Source: a virus. Taken from it: a DNA stretch of 39,241 nt. The position numbers were made by a program, and so were the translations under genes. Under the pieces are notes generated by a model. It was given only the letters and a program-made list of their open reading frames with translations. It ran no database searches and was not told where the DNA came from. Of this stretch, positions 30,884 to 38,060 are shown one piece after another (positions within the stretch are counted from its first letter, which is position 1; every line of letters begins with the position of its first letter). The stretch lies in IMG/VR virus record IMGVR_UViG_3300031998_000320, one strand, 5' to 3'.

Positions 30884-30954
30884 TATTTCCTTTTTGATCT
30901 ACGATATTTTCTTTTAACAGTCGTTTTGATATATCTTACTCTTTGTTTTGCCAT
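30883..30954 (-). CDS. Possible 23-aa highly basic peptide
   Basis: Hand translation gives MAKQRVRYIKTTVKRKYRRSKRK. GAGGTG lies 8 nt upstream, and the ORF has TAATG overlaps with both neighbours (30954 and 30883). Confidence 0.35.
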   Translation of the reverse strand: MAKQRVRYIKTTVKRKYRRSKRK

Positions 30955-31250
30955 TAGTTATTCACCTCATTACTCTTACCATTAATAAAATTGTTATTTC
31001 CATTATCACCTGAATCTTGAGTAACATCATAACTTTCAGTAGTAACTTCCTCATAGCCTATATCATTAAGAATATATACTAAATATACTATAGTAGCAAA
31101 CCACATTAAAAGCATAGTTAGAATAATAATAAATAGTCTTTTATTTGTTTTTTTATAATCTTTTAGCATTTCCATTGCTAAACTTTGTTCTCTTACTGCT
31201 TGAACTTCTTTTTTCATTTCTAAAACTTCCTCCTTCAAGCTCATAATCAA
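30954..31250 (-). CDS. Single-pass membrane protein (98 aa)
   Basis: Coiled-coil N-terminus, the TM helix RLFIIILTMLLMWFATIVYLVYIL, and a polar D/N/G-rich tail. Confidence 0.55.
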   Translation of the reverse strand: MIMSLKEEVLEMKKEVQAVREQSLAMEMLKDYKKTNKRLFIIILTMLLMWFATIVYLVYILNDIGYEEVTTESYDVTQDSGDNGNNNFINGKSNEVNN

Positions 31251-31513
31251 CTATCCTTTCGATGATACTCCCTTATATGATGTGCCATTGCTTCTTCTAT
31301 TTGAACTTTAATCTCTTTATCATAATCATCTAATTTGTCTAATATTCTTTGCACTTTTTTGTCTAGTTCATTTAATCTATAGTCAATTAATCCTATATTT
31401 TCTTCTTTTGCGTCTTTGACAGCTTTATCTTTTCTATTTACTACAAAATTAGCAACTGTCATTACTGCTGACAATATACTAATAGACAAAGCAACTGTTA
31501 GTTCCATAGACAT
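31247..31513 (-). CDS. N-terminally anchored membrane protein with a coiled coil (88 aa)
   Basis: TM helix LTVALSISILSAVMTVANFVV, then a K/D/E-rich helix. 4-nt overlap with the next gene. Confidence 0.55.
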   Translation of the reverse strand: MSMELTVALSISILSAVMTVANFVVNRKDKAVKDAKEENIGLIDYRLNELDKKVQRILDKLDDYDKEIKVQIEEAMAHHIREYHRKDS

Positions 31514-31541
31514 ACCTCCTATTTTTACTCTTACTAATTAA

Positions 31542-31570
31542 ATTATAACATAAAAAAAGAATAATACCAA
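31542..31570 (-). promoter_or_regulatory. Extended -10 promoter for the membrane-protein/HTH operon
   Basis: Minus strand: TTGGTA (31565..31570), 17 bp, TGTTATAAT (31542..31550). It is embedded in the preceding terminator. Confidence 0.55.
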
Positions 31571-31582
31571 ATAGCATTATTC
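31551..31582 (-). terminator. Intrinsic terminator after the 77-aa zinc-ribbon gene
   Basis: 7-bp stem GAAUAAU/AUUAUUC (31576..31582 with 31559..31565), 10-nt loop, then UUUUUUU. Confidence 0.55.
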
Positions 31583-31810
31583 CCATATAATATCACTAAC
31601 ACCAAGATTATCAAGCATATCATTATAGCAATTTTCACATAAACAACATAACTTCTTTTGTTGAAATTTATTGTTATTTCTTACATTAATTGTATAATCT
31701 GCATTTGCTTTACCACACTTTATACAATTACTACTTTTTCTGTCTGCTAATGATTTTAAATATGCTTGTAATTCTGCGTCATTCATACTCCTTATTTTGT
31801 TTAAATCCAC
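31577..31810 (-). CDS. Small zinc-ribbon protein (77 aa)
   Basis: CIKCGK....CCLCENC. GTG start with AGGAGG 8 nt upstream. Confidence 0.5.
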   Translation of the reverse strand: MDLNKIRSMNDAELQAYLKSLADRKSSNCIKCGKANADYTINVRNNNKFQQKKLCCLCENCYNDMLDNLGVSDIIWE

Positions 31811-31830
31811 ATTATCTACCTCCTAATATA

Positions 31831-31859
31831 ATAATACCACTTTTTACATATTTTATCAA
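31831..31859 (-). promoter_or_regulatory. Sigma-A promoter immediately after the RNA-unit terminator
   Basis: Minus strand: TTGATA (31854..31859), 17 bp, TGgTATTAT (-10 at 31831..31836). Confidence 0.6.
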
Positions 31860-31860
31860 T

Positions 31861-31885
31861 AAAAAAAGAACGATATTATCGTTCT
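31861..31885 (-). terminator. Strong intrinsic terminator ending the ORF-free unit
   Basis: Perfect palindrome AGAACGATA-T-TATCGTTCT (31867..31885), followed on the minus strand by a run of U (31861..31866). Confidence 0.8.
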
Positions 31886-32362
31886 TGCGTTTTAAGTGCT
31901 ATCTTATAAGCACTGTACTAATGATATAAAGGTTATAACTTAGCCATTTGTTGTGGAGTACAAGAATTACATAAGGAAGTTGGCTCTAACTATTAACACT
32001 TGTCATCCCTTTAACCACATCATCTTTTATATATCATCAGTACACTACCTATAAAAGATAAACCAAGCAACCCCTCCGCTATTGCTCGGACTTGATATAA
32101 CACAAATATATCTCCAAGTGCCTATTATAAGCACCATTGAATAGATATAGACAGTGGTGCAAGGATACCCTTGATAATCGTTTCCTTTAGTCTTAAATCG
32201 CTTCCCACACTAGAAGTTGTGTACTTAACTTCTTTACTTAAGACATTATTCACTAATCTGCAGTTCGTGAAATTATCAATGTACCGATTATATCTACTCA
32301 ATGCTACCTATAAAGGTAACACCAAAAATTTATAGCTTCCAATCCTCATAGAAGTAATTGGA
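31861..32362 (-). ncRNA. Candidate large structured non-coding RNA (about 0.5 kb), family unassigned
   Basis: No ORF of 60 aa or more in any frame, and composition is visibly less A+T-rich than the flanks. It has its own promoter and terminator and several clean hand-paired helices (see findings). Confidence 0.55.
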
Positions 32363-32369
32363 CAATTTA

Positions 32370-32398
32370 ATTATATCACTTTAATTTACTTTTGGCAA
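32370..32398 (-). promoter_or_regulatory. Extended -10 promoter of the ORF-free unit
   Basis: Minus strand: TTGCCA (32393..32398), 17 bp, TGaTATAAT (32370..32378). The 16-mer TGATATAATTAAATTG (32363..32378) is identical to 7604..7619. Confidence 0.55.
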
Positions 32399-32920
32399 CT
32401 TATCATCTGCATATTTCCATTTGTAGCCATAAGCATTAGATATTCTTCCTTTTGCACAAGCAATTATATTACTTCTATTAAAATTAAATTCTTTTTCAAT
32501 TTCAGTTATTGAATTATATTTCTTAATAAAATTATTGTTTTTATCGTATTGTTTAATTGATTTTATTATACCTAATCTTGCTTTTTGTGTTCTAGTTCCA
32601 TAGTTTATATTATATGTATGCTCACACCATTCTAAATTATCAACGCAGTTATTACTAGGATTTTCATCTTTATGGTTAATTTCATTATAATTATTAGGGT
32701 TAGGTAAAAATGTTATTGCCACTAATCTGTGTACTCTAAAATGATGTCTTCTACCATCTTTTGTAAATAAACACACCCTTTTATAATTATGATTACTTTC
32801 TTGTTTTAATATTTCTTCTTTATTATGATGTCTATATTTCATACTTTTTACTCTACCCAAATTAGACACCATGTATCTTCCTTCAAAATCAGGAATATCT
32901 TTCCACACTTCTTCTATCAT
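32381..32920 (-). CDS. HNH homing endonuclease (NUMOD4 / HNH_3 / C-terminal DNA-binding repeat)
   Basis: WKDIPDFEGRYMVSNLGRVKS, then HRLVAITFLPNPNNYNEINHKDENPSNNCVDNLEW, then a C-terminal NIIACAKGRISNAYGYKWKY. Start taken at MIEEVWKD (ATG 32918..32920, GGGAGGTG upstream). Confidence 0.85.
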   Translation of the reverse strand: MIEEVWKDIPDFEGRYMVSNLGRVKSMKYRHHNKEEILKQESNHNYKRVCLFTKDGRRHHFRVHRLVAITFLPNPNNYNEINHKDENPSNNCVDNLEWCEHTYNINYGTRTQKARLGIIKSIKQYDKNNNFIKKYNSITEIEKEFNFNRSNIIACAKGRISNAYGYKWKYADDKLPKVN

Positions 32921-32931
32921 ATATAACACCT

Positions 32932-32988
32932 CCCGAATAAGTGTTAGAGGAAGCAATTCGGGTACTTCCTCTATATATAATCATAACA
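32932..32988 (-). promoter_or_regulatory. Promoter plus structured leader (copy X) of the HNH gene
   Basis: TGTTATGAT at 32980..32988. Two interleaved helices: AGAGGAAG/CUUCCUCU (32965..32972 with 32946..32953) and CCCGAAU/AUUCGGG (32956..32962 with 32932..32938). The second abuts the SD. Confidence 0.6.
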
Positions 32989-32991
32989 TAT

Positions 32992-34227
32992 TTACTTCAT
33001 TTTAGCAATATTTACACGACGATAGCCACTAACTTTAGCACGTTCGATTTTACTTTTTAAACCACTTGCTTTCAATATATCCCTATATTTGCTTGTTAAT
33101 TGAGTTATTCTACTTTGCATTTCTCCAACTAATTCAGTGTTATTGCTAGAATAAGCAAGTATTTGAGTGTCTTTAGATTTTCTTAATTCTAATTCTACTT
33201 TACGAAGTAATTGTTCACCATCATATAAGCTATAATGTTTGCCTTCAAATTCAAAACCTTTATTATTGCTATCAATTATTTCTTTTAATTGCTTATCGCT
33301 ATATTCAGGTTCACTAACACCTAAAACAATGCTAAATATGTAGTGGTAACAGTTAAGCTCACTAATTGGACGATAACCATTTTTGTTATCGTGATCTAAC
33401 GTATAAGTATTGCCTTTATAATCTTTTGCTTCAAGTCCACTATTTAATCTATCGTATTCTGCTAGTGAAAATTGTCTACCTTGTACTTTTTCATGGTCTA
33501 TTGCTGGATTACTATGTACACTTATTTCATACCCATCACTATCAAATTCAGCACCTAATATTTTTTGGTTTTCATTATGTAATTCTCTTAATCTACCTTT
33601 TAAGTGCATTCTTATAGCACTATCTAATCTTATAGAACGTCCACTTTCATATTGAATAGTCTTTAAACCACTACCACCAATGTCTTTCATAATTCTACTC
33701 ATAGCACTATCGAATGTTTCTTTACCTTGCCCAACATTTAATAATGCCTCATCTAATACACGATTATAAGTTTCTCTTAACCCCATAAATTGAACTCGTC
33801 CATTTATATCACGAATAGTATAGCCTAATACATTTGCACGAGTAAAATTATACATTTCGTTCTTAACTATATTTGCAAGTGCCTCTGTTTGACGTTTTAA
33901 TGCCTCATTTTGCTCGTATTCTACAAAAGGTATATTTCTATACTGGTAGAACTTTTCATAGAATAATTGGTCTTTTTTAGCGTAATTAGAGAATATATCA
34001 TCAATATCTTTTATATTCAAATCTGTATATTTAGCAATTTCTCTTATAATATCTTCATAATTGCCACCATATTTCAAGATATTCACAAGTTGTTGTGCTT
34101 GACTTGGTGTTAATTCTCTTATTTTTTTAATAGAAGAACCCATTTTCATTAGAAAATAGGTGTTTGCTTCTTCTATTCTATTCAAAAGTCTTTCAACTAA
34201 CAACTCAATTTGTTCTTCACTTATCAT
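32992..34227 (-). CDS. Minor head protein (head morphogenesis, minor-capsid-2 / MuF-like position)
   Basis: 411 aa, encoded just downstream of the portal gene (separated only by the 162-aa HExxH ORF). The N-terminus EEQIELLVERLLNRIEEANTYFLMKMG is typical of this family. Confidence 0.65.
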   Translation of the reverse strand: MISEEQIELLVERLLNRIEEANTYFLMKMGSSIKKIRELTPSQAQQLVNILKYGGNYEDIIREIAKYTDLNIKDIDDIFSNYAKKDQLFYEKFYQYRNIPFVEYEQNEALKRQTEALANIVKNEMYNFTRANVLGYTIRDINGRVQFMGLRETYNRVLDEALLNVGQGKETFDSAMSRIMKDIGGSGLKTIQYESGRSIRLDSAIRMHLKGRLRELHNENQKILGAEFDSDGYEISVHSNPAIDHEKVQGRQFSLAEYDRLNSGLEAKDYKGNTYTLDHDNKNGYRPISELNCYHYIFSIVLGVSEPEYSDKQLKEIIDSNNKGFEFEGKHYSLYDGEQLLRKVELELRKSKDTQILAYSSNNTELVGEMQSRITQLTSKYRDILKASGLKSKIERAKVSGYRRVNIAKMK

Positions 34228-34240
34228 ATAGGATTACCTC

Positions 34241-34729
34241 CTATTCTATTTTTGATACTATTTGGTCGCCTATATTACCAACCATATAACAAAATAACTC
34301 TTCATTTATATCACATTCATCTGTGCCTTCTATTATATTGCCTACTTCATCTACTTTAGTAAATATATCTTGATATGGTTTTAATTTCCTACTAAAATAT
34401 CCAATTACTGCGTGTGTGCTTTCATGTGATATTGAACTCATATAATAATACTCTTTATTAAATATCATGTGTCCACATAAAGGACTTGTTTTTATATACT
34501 TTCCACTTTTAGCATCCAAATAATTTTTTGTATAACACCAAGTTCTTGCACCATAATCTTCTTCAACATATTGTTTTTCTAGTTTATTTTCTAATCTATA
34601 CATTTCTTCAAATGTATCACAAATATAAACATTCATATAATCTCTTAATCTATCTTTATATTTTATTTTTATTTCTTTAAATAATTGTTTAGGTAAATGT
34701 TTCCAAAAATATACTTTGAATTTTTGCAT
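34241..34729 (-). CDS. Putative zinc metallopeptidase (HExxH) of unknown role
   Basis: The only recognisable motif is ISHESTHAVIGYF (HExxH). It is located between the portal and minor head genes. Confidence 0.4.
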   Translation of the reverse strand: MQKFKVYFWKHLPKQLFKEIKIKYKDRLRDYMNVYICDTFEEMYRLENKLEKQYVEEDYGARTWCYTKNYLDAKSGKYIKTSPLCGHMIFNKEYYYMSSISHESTHAVIGYFSRKLKPYQDIFTKVDEVGNIIEGTDECDINEELFCYMVGNIGDQIVSKIE

Positions 34730-34737
34730 ACTATCAC

Positions 34738-36171
34738 CTATTCTTCATTATTTCTAATTCCTAGTAAATCACTTGTACTTGGTTCTTCTTCTTTTATTTT
34801 TCTAATTTCTTGTTCAGCAATTTCAGGAGTTTCACCAAATATCTTTTCACGATATTCAACTTTACTCATTAATCCTGCATTTACTTCTCTTAATGCTCTA
34901 TTGCTTTCAGCTTCTTTGTCTTCAATTATTGAATCATCAAATTGAATAACCATATCTTCTGTATTAATATTATAAGTTCCAAATTGACTTGAAGCATAAC
35001 ATATAGCTTTTACTAAATCAAATATTGCACTTTCATAACCTATTTCAAGTTTTTTCTTTCTTCTAAATAACTTACTATTACTTGATACAACAGCAGTCGC
35101 AGTTGATAAGTTTACACCGTCAAAATGATAATGGTTTTCACCAAATCCAACTTTATTACCTAAGATGTTCAAGTTAGTATTTAATGTTTCTATTTGTTGT
35201 GCAGTTCTTAAACTATCACTATCACTTTGAATTAAATCATCTTTTGTTGCTCCACTAGGTAATTGATAAACTGTTGTATCGTTTGGATCAAATGTCATTT
35301 TTTGAGTTCCATCATCATAGCTAAGCATATCAGCTCTTACAAATGTTCTTTTTCTTCCATCTTGTATTTCGTTTTTAAGTGCGTCAAATGATATATCAAC
35401 TGCTTTTAAATTATCAATAGCATTTGCATAATGTGGAATACCAAATGGACTATTATTAAATAAGTTATTTGTAAGTAATGGTTTAAATATTGCGAACCAA
35501 GGTATGTTTGACTTTGTATCAAATTCAGCCATTGTTCCTTCTTCTGTTATTTCAGTTAAATTACCATTGCTATCTCTAAATAAGTGATTGTAAATAACAT
35601 AATTACCATTGTCAGCTATTTTGTGTACTGAACATACTACATATTTTTGACCTTTACTATATTCAACACTACCAAAAGCACATTCAGTTATTCCTTTATT
35701 ATTCCAACTTAACGGATATATCCAGTCAATGTCTACTAAATCAACGCGTGTTTTAGCATTTGATACATCTAAATACATACCATCTTCATTTTGTACTAAA
35801 TCATAAACACTAACAACCGTTGATTCAGTTCCTAATGCTCCTGATTTTTCTATTGATTGGTTAATAAGTGAGTATAAATCAAGTGAGTTCACAAGTTCTT
35901 CAAGCTGTTCTTGTGAGTTTTCATCTTTCATGTTAATCTCACATTTTTCACTCCAAAGAATATCACTCCAATCTTCACTTATTTCCTTTGCCATATTCAT
36001 TGTAAATCTTTTTTGATTTACTTTCTTTTTACCATTGTAAATAAAATAGTTGTGAAAACTTTTAACATTTCCTGCATACCAACTTTTCCATTGTTCTATG
36101 TATGTTTTTAATACATCCTTAACATCAGGGTTATAATTATAATTTTTTTGTAAAAAATCTTCTAATTTCAT
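34738..36171 (-). CDS. Portal protein
   Basis: 477 aa, directly after terL with an ATGA overlap. Acidic C-terminus, and size and position typical of SPP1/A118-type portals. Confidence 0.8.
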   Translation of the reverse strand: MKLEDFLQKNYNYNPDVKDVLKTYIEQWKSWYAGNVKSFHNYFIYNGKKKVNQKRFTMNMAKEISEDWSDILWSEKCEINMKDENSQEQLEELVNSLDLYSLINQSIEKSGALGTESTVVSVYDLVQNEDGMYLDVSNAKTRVDLVDIDWIYPLSWNNKGITECAFGSVEYSKGQKYVVCSVHKIADNGNYVIYNHLFRDSNGNLTEITEEGTMAEFDTKSNIPWFAIFKPLLTNNLFNNSPFGIPHYANAIDNLKAVDISFDALKNEIQDGRKRTFVRADMLSYDDGTQKMTFDPNDTTVYQLPSGATKDDLIQSDSDSLRTAQQIETLNTNLNILGNKVGFGENHYHFDGVNLSTATAVVSSNSKLFRRKKKLEIGYESAIFDLVKAICYASSQFGTYNINTEDMVIQFDDSIIEDKEAESNRALREVNAGLMSKVEYREKIFGETPEIAEQEIRKIKEEEPSTSDLLGIRNNEE

Positions 36172-37520
36172 TAATATCCTCCTTTAATATCAACTAAAAA
36201 TTTATCATAAAAACTAAATATTGAATACTCGTGAGCATCTAAACTGTCCACATCAAAAGTGCCATTATCTAATCGTTCATCTGGGTGGTCTTTATCCCAT
36301 ATTGCTTGTGAATATGCCTCTATCATGTGTTTGCATTTTTTTAATATATATCTTTTACCTTTTGCAAATAATTGACAATCAAGTTGTATTCTATCGGTTA
36401 TTTTTCCTTTGTAACAATCTTGTATTTGTAATGGTATTCCATGTTGTTGCATATATTTATTAATTCCTAATGTAATTACTTGACCAAGACTTCCATAATC
36501 ACCATAAGCATGAGTTACTTTGCCATAATTATTTACTACTCTATGATAAAATTCATCAAACTTTTGGTATATTTCTTCAGGTGAATTTATACCTTCAATT
36601 TTTTCCTCGTCCAAAGTCCACACTTCTTTAAAATATGGTGTTATTCCTGTTGCTTTAAAAGCAGTTGAACTTTGATTTGCACCATAGTCAATACCTATTG
36701 AAATTATCATAAAATGAATTGGATTGCCATTTTCATCTACTGGTTTTTCTTTTATAAATAAATCTTGGTGGTTGCAAAATTGCACATAAATAATACCTTC
36801 AGCACTAACACGCATACCTTTAATGTTACGTTTCCACCAAACACTTCCAGGTTCATATCTACTTTCAATTTGTTTCTTACGTTCTTCCGTAATAGACATA
36901 TTATCTTCAATAGTAAAATGTTGATATTGATAACCTCCAACAAGTCCTTGTTCTTGCCATTTATCTATGTAATTTGTATATATTGCGTGTTTTGGATAAC
37001 TAGGGTTTAAATCCCATAAAGTAAGCATTTTATCAGCTGCAATTTGTCGGTCAAACGCAACTTTGATAAAACTTGTTTGTGCGTCATCACTATCATAATG
37101 TTCATTTATTTCGGTTGCTATCCATAAGCCATAAGAGTTACCTAATATTTTTTTATATGAATCAGCTTTGCCACCACCAACAAATATAACTACTTTTTCG
37201 CCAGTCTTGGTGTTTATGAATAATGCCTCATTATCTTTATATTTTCCCCAATGGCAACGTCCTTTAAATAAACATTCAAGCCCAAATCCATTACAATAAC
37301 CAATATTAAGTTTTGCATTTGCTAATGTACTACCACTCGCTAAATGGACTTTGTCTTTGCAAGTTTCAAGATACATTTGTGCAATAATACAATGATCTAT
37401 TGTTTTACCACTTCTTACTGCTCCTTCAGCCACATTCATTATGTTATCAAGTGCGTGTGTTATATAATCAATATGTTTTTGTGAAAATGGAGCCCAATTT
37501 ATTGTTTGGACAAAATTCAT
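36171..37520 (-). CDS. terL: Terminase large subunit (PBSX-type)
   Basis: Walker A motif EGAVRSGKT near the N-terminus, a nuclease-half acidic motif region (IGIDYG), size 449 aa, and a 4-nt overlap with terS. Confidence 0.85.
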   Translation of the reverse strand: MNFVQTINWAPFSQKHIDYITHALDNIMNVAEGAVRSGKTIDHCIIAQMYLETCKDKVHLASGSTLANAKLNIGYCNGFGLECLFKGRCHWGKYKDNEALFINTKTGEKVVIFVGGGKADSYKKILGNSYGLWIATEINEHYDSDDAQTSFIKVAFDRQIAADKMLTLWDLNPSYPKHAIYTNYIDKWQEQGLVGGYQYQHFTIEDNMSITEERKKQIESRYEPGSVWWKRNIKGMRVSAEGIIYVQFCNHQDLFIKEKPVDENGNPIHFMIISIGIDYGANQSSTAFKATGITPYFKEVWTLDEEKIEGINSPEEIYQKFDEFYHRVVNNYGKVTHAYGDYGSLGQVITLGINKYMQQHGIPLQIQDCYKGKITDRIQLDCQLFAKGKRYILKKCKHMIEAYSQAIWDKDHPDERLDNGTFDVDSLDAHEYSIFSFYDKFLVDIKGGY

Positions 37521-37909
37521 TTCTTTTCTCCTTTAAGAAGTTCAGCAAGTGGTGTTAAATCTTCAATAGGATCTTTTCTAATTTCCATTTCTGTTTTATC
37601 TTGCCAACCATAATTGTTCTTTAAATTGAATATTGTAAATGTTGAATTAGACTTTCCCATTAAAGCATTTTCTTCAAGTTGACATTCTACTTTTTGTTTG
37701 GCTTTTTTTATTAGGGTGGAATACGAATCTCTTTCACTATAATTAATTAATGTTTTTCTATCAATTCCAAGTGATAAAGCAAGACCACTCATTGTATATG
37801 GTTTTTCTTTTACATCACACTCTTGGAAATATTTATCAATACCTTTTTGTAAATCTTCAATATTTTTATACTTTAAAGCATTATCATTCCCAATTTTAGC
37901 TTCTTGCAC
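37517..37909 (-). CDS. terS: Terminase small subunit
   Basis: DLQKGIDKYFQECDVKEKPYTMSGLALSLGIDRKTLINY is the characteristic HTH-containing N-terminus of small terminases. GTG start with AGGTGA upstream. Confidence 0.75.
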   Translation of the reverse strand: MQEAKIGNDNALKYKNIEDLQKGIDKYFQECDVKEKPYTMSGLALSLGIDRKTLINYSERDSYSTLIKKAKQKVECQLEENALMGKSNSTFTIFNLKNNYGWQDKTEMEIRKDPIEDLTPLAELLKGEKK

Positions 37910-37941
37910 TCTATCACCTACTTTTTTCTAAATTCCCTTTA

Positions 37942-37970
37942 ATTATAACACATAACTTTAAAAGTGTCTA
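37942..37970 (-). promoter_or_regulatory. Extended -10 promoter upstream of terS
   Basis: Minus strand: TAGACA (37965..37970), 17 bp, TGTTATAAT (37942..37950). Confidence 0.6.
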
Positions 37971-38060
37971 ATCATGCCAATGCTTGATAAAAAGATAGAT
38001 ACAGTATAATAAGTATAGACACATAAAAACAAAGGCAAATTCAACCATATAAACAACCCC

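Noticed and set aside
32034-32040. CUGAUGA heptamer (hammerhead ribozyme core) in the candidate RNA.
   Set aside because: No GAAA strand and no helix II/III arrangement follows it at a compatible distance. An isolated heptamer match is expected by chance at a non-negligible rate in 500 nt.
32255-32275. GTTCG-containing segment that could be a tRNA or tmRNA T-arm.
   Set aside because: No acceptor stem, no anticodon arm and no complementary T-stem can be drawn on either strand. No tRNA-like cloverleaf is evident anywhere in the window.
31861-32956. HEARO/omega-RNA of an IscB-type system, since an RNA lies next to an HNH ORF.
   Set aside because: The adjacent protein is a 179-aa NUMOD4/HNH_3 homing endonuclease with no RuvC or bridge-helix segments, far smaller than IscB. 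The RNA also lies downstream of the ORF with its own promoter.
31861-32990. Group I intron carrying the HNH ORF, with the ORF-free region as the ribozyme core.
   Set aside because: The flanking ORFs (32992..34227 and 31577..31810) look complete, each with its own stop or its own start and SD. The region ends in a strong terminator followed by a promoter, which is incompatible with a 3' exon. I could not find the conserved P/Q/R/S-type core elements in the correct order; only a partial AGATATAGAC match exists, and it is on the opposite strand. A covariance-model scan is still worth running.
36752-36943. Minus-strand 63-aa ORF inside the large terminase gene.
   Set aside because: It is out of frame within terL (36171..37520), which has clear Walker A and terminase features. 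It has no SD and its sequence is low-complexity.
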